Positions 53,941-64,000 of a stretch of DNA of 64,000 bases are shown here, piece after piece. Below the pieces are notes generated by a model. That model ran no database searches. It was not told the DNA's origin and saw nothing but the letters and a program-made list of their open reading frames with translations. The stretch covers positions 447,009,416 through 447,073,415 of the forward strand of contig NC_058131.1 of assembly GCF_016433145.1 (NCBI RefSeq), written 5' to 3'. The translations under genes were made by a program, and so were the position numbers. Within the stretch, counting starts at the first letter, position 1, and each line of letters starts with the position of its first letter. This DNA is from Gracilinanus agilis (Eukaryota).

Positions 53941-54642
53941 TTATTATAATTCAGTTTGTGATCATTCAATTGAAGAGACGTGAAGCTGTGTACCACATGC
54001 TGGGTATGTACTTGAATGCTTCAACTACTCTACAATTTCACTTATGTGAGTACTCACTCCACTAATGCAAACTACAACTCTTCCTTTCCTTAGGAGAGAT
54101 AATTCAGTTCATTTGTCAAAAAACTGGAGAATCTAATGGCCAAACTAATAGTAATGACATATATCTCTCAATTTATGGTCAGAGGCTGATTCAGTCTGTT
54201 GCCCTGCCTGTACTGAAAGCTTTTTTTTTTTGGGTAGCATGAGCCAGAGTTTATACACTCTACAGGAATAACCTCTGAGAAACTAAGGTAACCACTATAT
54301 CATTATTAGACATTGGAATAGAACTTTAAGGAAAGAGCACTAGAGCAAAAAAAAAGTGAGGAACTTATAGAGAATATATAGTAATATATAGGCTGAGAAT
54401 AGAGAGTAAATGCACATAAATAACAGTGATACAAGGCAGAATATAGTAAGTGTGAAGAACTATAGCTGAAATGCTATAATGTCATTTATGGTGGGAGGCA
54501 GCACCTAAATTGTTCTCTGAAGGAATCCTAGCAAGTAGAATTGAGGTATAGGGAATTCCATTTCAAACATGGGTTGTGAGTATAAGACAGAGAAAGATGG
54601 GGTTAGGGGGAGTATGTAGTACATTTGAGCTAGAACATTACT

Positions 54643-54875
54643 GGGCAATAGGTGGTGCAGTGGTAAGTGCTAAGACCTATGAATTCAGGAAAACTCATCT
54701 ACCTGAGTTCAATTCTGGCCTCAGACACTTACTAGAAGTATCACACAGGGACAAGTCATTTAATCCTATTTGCCTCAATTTCCCCCTCTGGAAAATGAGC
54801 TGGAAAAGGAAATGGCAAACCATACCAAGAAAACCCCAAATGGAGTCACAAAGAATCAGATAAGACTAAACAGCA
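54643..54875 (+). mobile_element. MAR1-type SINE within L2 sequence
   Basis: gggcaataggtggtgcagtgg head, CORE, and tail gaaatggcaaaccataccaagaaaaccccaaatggagtcac. Confidence 0.8.
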
Positions 54876-55639
54876 ATGTTGAGTATATAGGAAAATGGGT
54901 ACTATGAAATTAAACTGGTAAATACCTTGAAATAAAATTGTAGGAGTCCTTATATTACAGATTAAGGAAAGTGCATGATACTAGATAGACAATGAGAAAC
55001 CTTTGAAAGTTTTTGAGTAAAGGAAAAAAGTAAGAACAGAGGAGAGAGACTAGAAACAGGAAATTAGACTTGTATGAATAAGAAATGATAAACATAGAAT
55101 TAGGGTAGCTATAGTGTAAAGGAAAGAAGATAATTTAGTGGGAAAAGTGCTGGATTTGGAATAATCAAAATTGGATTGAAATCTCCAACTATTGTTCTTA
55201 ACTAGCTATATAACTTGCTTAACTTCTCTAAGCCTCAGATTCCTCATTTGTAATATAAGAAGGTTATACTAGGATGGCTTCTAAAATCTCTTCCAGCTTT
55301 AAATTTTTAATCCCATGATCACATGAGAGAACTGAGGAAGATTAGGCTAGACTTGGCAAATAATTTGGATGTGTGGGATGAGGAATTGGGAAAAGGCAAA
55401 AATAAGTCCAAGCTTATTTAACTGACTAAGAATATGCACCATCAGAAATAGAGAAAGGTAGGAGGAGGAGCAAATTTTGGTGGGAATATTATGAGTTCAG
55501 TTTTAGGCACGTTAAATTTGAGTTGAGTTTGAGAAAAGATATAACTATAGTTCTGAAGAGAGATCAAGAGTGAAAAAATATATTTGGATAGGAATAAAGT
55601 ACTCTTTGTTGTTTGACAAAAATTTTGAAAGGATAACAG

Positions 55640-55930
55640 CAGGACTATAAAGAAACTGAAAGCACATTCCTAGGTAAAGAGGAGACAAAACTATCCCTAT
55701 TTGCCAACGACATGATAATTTACTTTTAAAACTTCAGAGAATCAGCAAAGAAACCAATTAAGAAAATAGATTCAGTAAAATAGGATACAAAATAAGCAAA
55801 AATTAGTCACATTATTATATAACAATAGCAAAAAACAGGAGAAAATAATATAAAAGTAAGTTCTATTGAAAATAACTACAAAATACACAAAATATCTGGG
55901 AGTTGGTCTGCTAAGGTACACTCAAAATGT
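55640..55930 (+). mobile_element. L1 ORF2 RT fragment
   Basis: GKEETKLSLFANDMIIY, a degenerate form of the L1 FADD catalytic motif region. Confidence 0.75.
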
Positions 55931-56949
55931 ATTAATTCGCTCTGAGAGATCTTAGTTCCAAATTCAGCTCAAATGAACACTCGGAATAAAATAGTGATAC
56001 GTGCATGAGTATGTATGTGTATATATGTATGTGTATATAATATAAATGCTTTACTAAGATCATAAAAGAATATTGGAACTGTCATGAATAATTATTTAAT
56101 AACCAAGGAAACAATCTGAGGTACGTCACAAAATAATTCAGGTCTAGGACCACCTCAGTAGACATAAGGACCCTTAAGAGTGATTTACAAGGATTTTTAT
56201 AGTAAAATATAATCACTATTTTTAGCATTACTATTTTTAGATTTAGGAACTTACTAGCATTCAAGGTTTCTGATTGGTTGTATCCACTAGAATCCTAAAA
56301 AACAGTTAGTAATATAGTAATCAATGACTTCCTTGAAATAACAAACATTAAGCTTAGCTCAGAAAAATGAGACTTAACCCTAGGAGCTACACAAAATGTC
56401 AGCAGTGATACAAAGTGAAAGTTGATTTGATTCTTTCAGGTCCTTCCCTTTGATCTAGGAGAGGTTTAACCTCCCAAGAATCACTACCTATAAGCAAATT
56501 TTATTAGATTTTTAAAAATATAGTCATGATCAGAAGAGTATACTAATTAACATAAGCTTCTCTGGGACTACCTTGGAACAGAATTTAATGCTGAAACTGA
56601 TTCAAAATCTAAAAAGGATTATAAGGCAGAGGGCAATAAGGACCAAGAGTGGCTGCCAGGCCATTTTTCTGCAATAAACTTAACCAAGAAGAGGGATTCC
56701 ATTAGGGGTCAACTAGGGTGGATAGTTGTATTTTTCCTGTAATTTGTTGAATTTTATAAATGTTAGTTTCAGTTTCTTCTGATCAATTGATATAACAACA
56801 ACAGTAGATTGATCACAGCACAGCCCTTTCCTTGTGAATCTGCAATAAGGTCTAAAATCACACTAATTTATAAGAATATACCTTGATTTGGAGGGAGGAA
56901 TTGGATTCACTTGTGGCCTGGGCAAATTTCTCAGTTTCAAGTGAGAGGT

Positions 56950-57117
56950 TCCTAGCAACCTGTTCCAATGCAGAGACCCCAGAACAGGTTAGGCAATTGG
57001 AGTTAAGTGACTTTCCCAGGGTCACAGAACTAGAATGTGTCTTAGACCAGATAAGAACCCAGGACTTCTTATCTCCAATCCTGGCTCTCTATCCACCGAG
57101 CCACCTAGCTTGCCCCC
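56950..57117 (-). mobile_element. SINE
   Basis: gttaagtgactttcccagggtcacag...ccacctagcttgcccc. Confidence 0.8.
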
Positions 57118-57124
57118 AACTTGG

Positions 57125-59640
57125 TTTTAATAAGTAAACCAGATTCTAATTGTAACTCTATTGCTCTTTTGAGTCTCTGAATATTGTAGATGTCTTAGGA
57201 AAATCTCAGTGTGTTCCAAAATTGTCTCATCACCTGGTATCCACGAGTCCTTTTCTGGTGAACCACTCCCATCTCAGCCTGAAACCCCTGTTGGAGTAGA
57301 ATCTCTCTCCCCCCCCCCCCTTTTTTTTATTTAGAGTATTTTTCCTTGTTTACCTGATTCATGATTCCCTCCTCCACTCCTCTTTCCTCCCCCCTCCCAG
57401 AAATGGCAAGCAGTTCCACTGGGTTATACATGTTCAAAAACCCATTTCCATGTTATTCATATTTGTAGTAGTGATCTTTTAACATCAAAACCCTAATCAT
57501 ATCCATATTAGAACTATGTGATCAATCATATGTTTTTCTTCTGCATTTCTGTTCCCACAGTTCTTTCTCTGGATGTGGATAGTATTCTTTCTCATAAGTT
57601 CCTCTGGATTGTCCTGGATCATTGCATTGCTCCTAGTAGAAAAGTCTATTACATTTTATTGTGCCATAGTGTATCAGTCTCTGTGTTTAATGTTCTCCTG
57701 GTTCTGCTTCTTTCACTCTGCATCAGTTTCTGGGGGCCTTTCCAGTTCATTATTCCTTTCACCACAATAATATTCCATCTCCATCAGATACTACAATTTA
57801 TTCAGCCATTCCCCCCTCATTTTTCAATTTTTTTGCCACCACAAAAGAGCGTGACCATAAATATTTTTTGCAAGACTTTTTCCTTATTATCTCTTTGGGG
57901 TACAAACCTCAACAGTGGTATGGTTGAGTCAAAGGATAGGCATTCTTTTAAAGCCCTTTTTGTGCATAGTTTCAAATTGCTGGCCAGAATAGGTAGATCA
58001 ATTCACAACTCCACCAGAAGCATATTAGTGTCCCAATTTTGCCACATCCCCTCCAACATTTGCTGCCATATTGACCAGTCTGCTAGGTGTGAGGTGGTAC
58101 CTTAGAGTTGTTTTAATTTGCATTTCTCTAATCAGGAGGGATTTAGAACACTTTTTCATGTGCTTATTGATAGTTGTGATTTCTTCATGTGAAAACTACC
58201 TATTTGTGTCCCTTGACCATTTGTCGATTGGGAAAAGGCTTGATTTTTTGTAAATTTGACTTAGTGTTCCTTATGTATTTGGGACATTAAACCTTTGTCA
58301 GATAGTTTTATTATAAAAAATGTTTCCCCAGTTTGTTGCTTTCCTTCTAATTTTGGTTGCATTGGTTTTGTTGGTACAAAACCTTTTTAATTTGATATAA
58401 TAAAAGTAATTTATTTTACATTTTGCAATGTTCCCTATCTCTTGCTTGGTCTTAAATTCCTTCCTTTCCCACAGATCTGACAGGTATACTGTTCTCTATG
58501 AATATAACTACAAAACGCTTTTCACACAATTAAAACTGGATCTAAATAATTGGAAAAACATTAATTGCTTCTGGGTAGGATGACCTAATATAATAAAAAT
58601 GACAATCCTACCCAAATTAATCTACTTATTCAGTGCCGTACCTATCAAACTACCAAAAAACTTTTTTATTGAATTAGAAAAAATTATAACAAAATTCATC
58701 AGGAAGAACAAAAAAATCAAGAATATAAAGGGAAATGATGGGGAAAAAATGTGAAGGAATGGGAGCCTAGCAGTTAAGATTTTAAACTGTACTATAAAGC
58801 AGTAGTCATCAAAACAATATGGTACTGGCTAAGAGACAGAAGGGTGGATCAATGAAATAGACTAGGGGCAAATGACCTCAGCAAGCTAGTGTTCGATAAA
58901 TCCAAAGACCCCAGCTTTTGGGACAAGAACTCACTATTTGACAAAAACTGCAGGGAAAATTAGAAAACAGTATGGGAAAAATTAGGTTTAGATCAACATC
59001 TTTCACCCTATACCAAGAAAAATTCAAAATGGGCAAATGACTTAAATGTAAAGAGTGAAATCATAAATAAATTAGGTGAACAGAGAATAGTATACCTGCC
59101 CTATCATTGGGAATGGAGTAGGATCTCTTCTGTAAATTTAGGGATACCATTTCCTTCTCCCTTGATGGATCTCTGTCCTTGCAACTCCTTGAAGATTCCC
59201 TCTTTTTGTTCCTTAGATTAGTTCAGAATGCCAAAGACACTCCTGATGATAGTGCAAGGATTCCATCTGACATCCCTGATTCTCTATGGGCAACTTCATC
59301 CTCTGATGTAGAATTGTTAAAATCTGCTGTCTTCATCACAATCAAGATTAAGGGAGCTCTCCCCCCAACCCTTGCCACCAACTGTTCCTTAATATCTTTT
59401 GTCCAGGAAGGCTATCAAAGGTATTATATCCATTTTTGTCTCTTTGAGTGATATTGTTGTTTCATGTAAATCCCCTTGTAACATTCCTATCCTCCTGGTT
59501 AAGAAACCTAATCCTGGTCCAGATGGCAAACTAGTTTATCACTTTTTATGAAATTTGCACAGTGCTAATGCTTATGTTATATTCAGGCACTCACAAGTGC
59601 CCAACCCTGCTACTATCATTTCCTCAATTCCCCCTGAAGC
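57125..59640 (+). mobile_element. ERV (class I, gamma-like) protease/RT remnant, split by an L1 at 57321-59113
   Basis: Left half IVDVLGKSQCVPKLS...PLLE*NL joins right half (D)LFCKFRDTIS (cf. protease LLGRDLLCK); then LWATSSSDVELLKSA and CKSPCNIPILLVKKPNPGPDGKLVY..NLHSANAYV...VPNPATIISSIP (RT N-terminus). Confidence 0.85.
57321..59113 (-). mobile_element. L1 with 5' inversion (twin priming): minus-strand 3' segment 57321-58500 and plus-strand inverted segment 58501-59113
   Basis: Both segments end at the same L1 site (agaa.agtatacctg); TSD tggagtag(a/g)atctct at 57292-57306 and 59114-59128. Confidence 0.88.
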
Positions 59641-60949
59641 TTAATATAGGCAAAACAGAAACAAAGCCATACAGCCTCTTGAGATTCAGTATGGAGGAAA
59701 AACGAGACAATCTCCCTTTCAGAAGGGCAGATGCTCAGATTTCAACAATCACTGATTCATTGTCTGTATGTAAAAATCTTCCTGACTTAAAGCAAAAATG
59801 AAAAGCAGCCCAGAACATCAGTGCCACAAGGCAGATGATGACATACCCAGTGCAGTCAGGGTCATCTGAACAAAGGTAGCTTAATTTGGTTATTATTATT
59901 CTCTTGCATGCAGCCTGGCCTAGTAAAGAAAATAAGATTTGCTCTGTGCTACCACACTCCTTATTCTTTAACCCACCCGTCAGGACCTTATCCTTCATGG
60001 GAGCCCCATGTAGTAGGGTGGGATGTGACACCAAATCTCTATTTCTTTTGAACCTTCCATATAGGGTACAGGGAAAGGACTCTTCTTTACCTTATTCAAA
60101 GAACTTAAGATTGCCACCTCATTTAAAGAATTAAAGAATTTAAACCTTTCTTCAAGATAAACATACATTCAATATACTTATAAAGAGGCAATTTCATTTC
60201 CCCATATATTAAAAAAAGGCAAAATACTTTCCAAAAATTTCACTCCTTACTATCTCAAATGTTTTTAGGAAGGGGCTACTTAAACCATTCCCAGGGGAAA
60301 GGAGATCTGCCAATTGAGGAAGAGGAGCCGGAATCAGAGCTATATCTAAAATCAGTTTGTGTATTTTGGTTAAGTTTTCCAAGAGCTAGTTTCCAGAAAA
60401 CCCCTGGACTGGAGAGAGTCTTCCACCTTCCAAAGGGGGCACTGACTTGCTACAGAAATTGTTTCTGGAAGATAGAATGCATAGCCCTAGCAATAAAAGG
60501 GTATGATCATAAAGCTGTTGTTTCAAGATCATGCCATACTGGTCTTTCAGAGGTGAGTACTCCAAGTGGCATAGAACACTCTTACCAAAAGATGCTTTGT
60601 TAGGGGACTCTAATCTATATCCACTATAACATCACACAAGGGTATCACAGCTCTTATGTCCATATTGGCAATGAATCTATTCCCCTTTCCTTCCCTCCAA
60701 TCTGTTTCATTCTTTTAATCTAGCTATTTAGCTAAACAAAATATGTATTATCTCGCTGAGAGATATAGGAATGTTCCTAAAACAGGAGAAGCATTGACCA
60801 AATGCCTCCATTATTTTTGACCCCAAAGAGCAAGGCCATTAATTGTCTATTCTCATCTTTTCTCTCCAAGTCCCAAATTACTTTGCAAGATTCATGGCTC
60901 CCACATAGGAATCGTTTAGATTAAAAGCTTATCTTGCTTCCATCTTTCA

Positions 60950-61660
60950 AAACTATCACATGGGGATTATGGGAAGTCAGATACATTAGTGCACTGTTGG
61001 TGCCATGAATTGGTCTAACTAGCCTTTCTGGAAAGCAATTTGAATCTATTCACAAAAAGTTACTAATCTGCTCATATCCTTTGATCCAATTGTACTAGAC
61101 CCATACTCAAAGAAATCGGAGACAGTAGAAAAAGATTCGTATATATAAAAAACATCAAAAGCTATTCTTTTTGTAGTAGCCAAAAATTGGAAACTAAGGG
61201 AATATATGTCCTATTGGGGAATGGTTAAGAAAATTATAGTATATGAATGTAATGAAATATTATTGTGCCATGAGAGTGATAAAATGGACAGTTTAAAAGG
61301 AACCTGGAAAAAATATATGAACCAATGGAGAATGAAGAGAATAAAACTGGAGCAATTTATACAATGATGTCAATATAGAAAAAAACAATTTTGAAAGAAT
61401 TTAGAATTCTGAACAATGTAATAAATAACCATGACTCCAAAAGAATGGAGTTTAAAAAAAACACTCATCCTTTGAGATGTGATAAATTTAAGAGGTAGAA
61501 TATATATTTTCAGACATGGCTATGTGGAAATTCATTTTGCTAGATTATGCAACTGTGTTAAGGGTTTTATTTTTTTTTTTGCTTGTTTGCTCATGGTTGA
61601 GTATTGTGAAAAAAGCTTAATTTTAAAATGCTTTTTAATTAAAAAATTAAAAAAAAAGAA
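60950..61660 (+). mobile_element. Old L1 3' end
   Basis: cctattggggaatggttaagaaaattatagtatatgaatgtaatgaaatattattgtgcc; A-rich tail near 61640-61660. Confidence 0.75.
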
Positions 61661-62875
61661 AGACTTACTGAGACCACTTGCCAAGAACTGTATCCCTCAA
61701 TTATCTACAAATTAACAAGCTGATAACTACAAGGTTTGGTTTTATATGGTTCTCTCACAGACCCTGTTAGCCAGGGAAAACTCAATCTTTAAAAGCCACA
61801 TCCTCCTAGGTGCAGGCCTAGTGGGTCAGTAGAAGAAAGGCAGCATGGGCAGGACTGAAGACCTTAGCTTTGAGGTGAATTACAACTTGTTTCCAGAACA
61901 CTGCTTAAGCATAGCTGTCCATATCTTTTAGTTGCTGCCAGTTTCCACAATACTTTCCCCTTTGCTGGAGACTGAATCTATTCTCCTGGAACCTCCATTG
62001 TCAGTGTGGTCTATTGCTCTTGTGGACATCTGTAGCTTATTCTGGACTTTATCCAAAATCATAGTTGTTTTCTCTAGCCACTGTAGCCTCTAAAACTTGA
62101 CTCAACTGGCTGGACCCTGAATTTTCTTAGGATTCCTACTCTTTTTCCTATATAAGCCATCATTGTTCTGGGTTTTCAACACTAGCTTCATCAGGCAACA
62201 TTATTTCATTAATGTAGTGGTATACATTATTGCTTTCAGAAATTGTGTCCTTTTTTCCAAGTCTTTGTTCACCAGGCTATAGTATATGAACAAGATTTCA
62301 GATTCTCTAGGAAAAAAATGAAGGTATCTAGTATTTCCTAGGTGAAAATGTAAAGTTATTCCTGATTAGTCTTAGCTAAAAGAAGGGAGAAAAAGGCATT
62401 AGTGAGGCCAACCATCCTATGCCACTTACCCAAGACTTGAACCTTTCATTCCACAACAACAAAATTGGAAATGGCAGACAATTGACACGACAGTTTTTTT
62501 CAGTTATAAATACGTTGTTAAGTACCATCTGCCTTCCTTACCAGCCATACATTATTATTGTAAAGGGGGTTGGTGAAGTGATGAAATGGTCTCCATTTCC
62601 ATTATTAGGGAGGAAGTAGTTTTCACCCCTCCTGGGACCCAAGATGTCTCAGGAAATTCCAAAGGATTAGCATGTTATATTAGCCACAATAACTGTCATA
62701 GAGGTTGTCATAAGCATCATACAGGTAGGTAGTTTTAAAAGCTTAAAAGCTTACTCCTCAGTGGTCTATACCTCCTAAACCTCCCACAGAAGCAGTGTGC
62801 CTTAAGGACCCACAGGAGGATCTAGATCCTGGTAAAAATTTGTCTTTAAAGCACCCATAATATTGGGGTGGGGTG

Positions 62876-63085
62876 GGGTAGAACAGGTAGGTGGCTTAGT
62901 GGATCTAGAACCAGACCTAGAGATATGAGGTCCTGGGTTCAAATGTGGATTCAGACACTTCTTAGCTGTGTGACCCTGGGCAAGCCACTTAACCCCTATT
63001 GCCTATCCCTTACCACTCTTCTGCCTTGGTATCAATATTCATTATTGATTCTAAGATGGAAGATAAGGTTTGTTTTTTTTTAATT
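62876..63085 (+). mobile_element. SINE
   Basis: Full body ending gattctaagatggaagataaggtttg. Confidence 0.85.
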
Positions 63086-63420
63086 TTTTAAAAATTTTGA
63101 ATATTTTCCCATAGTTACATGTTTCATGTTCTTTCCCTCTCCCCCAAACTCCCTAACCTCCCATAGTGGATGCACAATTCCACTGGGTTTTACATGTATC
63201 ATTGATTAACCTAATTCCATATTATTGATAGTTGGACTAGGGTTATCGTTTAGCACCTGTCTACGTCCCCATCAGCTCATGTGTTCAAGCAGTTGTTTTT
63301 CTTCTGTGTTTCTCCTCCCACAGTTTTTCCTCTGAATGTCGCTAGTTTTCTTTTTCATATTTGTGTACAAGTCTTTTTCCTTTTTATCTCTGGGGTATGA
63401 ACCAAGCAGTAGTATGACTA
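63086..63420 (-). mobile_element. L1 3'UTR fragment
   Basis: Reverse complement of the same 3'UTR seen at 42800-43086. Confidence 0.8.
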
Positions 63421-63684
63421 GATCAAGTATCCATAATCTCTCCTTCATTTAGAAACTTCTCAATGGAAAATGATTTATCATAATAGTCCTGTCAAAGAAA
63501 CTATAAGCACTGGATCTGTTGTGAAAGTTCAAAACCAATGCTTGTTCTTGATGCCCCTAGAACATAAGCAACAAGTAGGAGCAGAATTAGTTGCAGGCAC
63601 TTTCAGCATAGGAGGAGCACTGCAGAGTGGGGACTGTGGATACTTCATCTTCTCATGAATTTCAAAGCCATGTTTTTTCTTTTT

Positions 63685-63870
63685 TATTTTTTTTAACCCT
63701 TACTTTCTGTGCTAGTAAGCACAAGGCAGAAGGAAGGGCAAGGGCTAGGCAAGTGGGGTTTAAATGACTTGTCCAGTGTCACAGCTACAAAGGGTCTGAG
63801 GTTAGATTTGAATCCAGGTCCTACCAACTCCAGGCCTGGAGCTCTATCCACTGAGCCACCTAACTGCCCC
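63685..63870 (-). mobile_element. SINE
   Basis: ttaacccttactttctgtg...ctatccactgagccacctaactgcccc. Confidence 0.85.
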
Positions 63871-64000
63871 AAAGCCATATTTTCTTAAACAATCACTATG
63901 GCTAACCATCCTCCAGCTCAAATTTCAAGTTTGTCTTCTCATGACCATGTTTGCTATGTTGAGGGAGAGCCCCTAGTTGTACCTTAGATGGTACTATGTG

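Noticed and set aside
62480-62530. WQTIDTT...YKY resembling the retroviral integrase WQIDFT motif
   Set aside because: Weak similarity and no further D,D(35)E context recognisable.

Overview
AT-rich mammalian genomic DNA, most likely marsupial (the SINE and L1 families look like those of the opossum Monodelphis domestica; this is an inference). The window holds the 5' part of RALGAPA1 (Ral GTPase-activating protein catalytic alpha subunit 1, GARNL1) on the minus strand. It has a CpG-island promoter and 5'UTR at about 51.5-52.4 kb and nine GT-AG coding exons (106, 111, 50, 58, 44, 178, 116, 139 and 209 nt) that splice into one open frame of 1011 nt, or 337 codons ([22 protein letters not shown]...LPKNIQ). 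The gene continues past position 1. The rest is mostly transposon-derived: young tRNA-derived SINEs with target-site duplications (TSDs), L1 3' ends, L2, CR1/L3, MIR/MAR1, hAT MITEs, solo LTRs and an ERV pro-pol remnant. Best second-look items: a decayed processed ATP5F1B pseudogene in intron 3, a candidate poison exon in intron 2, a possible recursive splice site at the exon 7/8 junction, a three-codon uORF, inverted SINE pairs, and a twin-primed (5'-inverted) L1 inside an ERV protease. I found no evidence of a wholly new biological system, and most ORFs in the supplied track are repeat-derived or chance. Protein and repeat family assignments rest on recalled sequences, not database searches.
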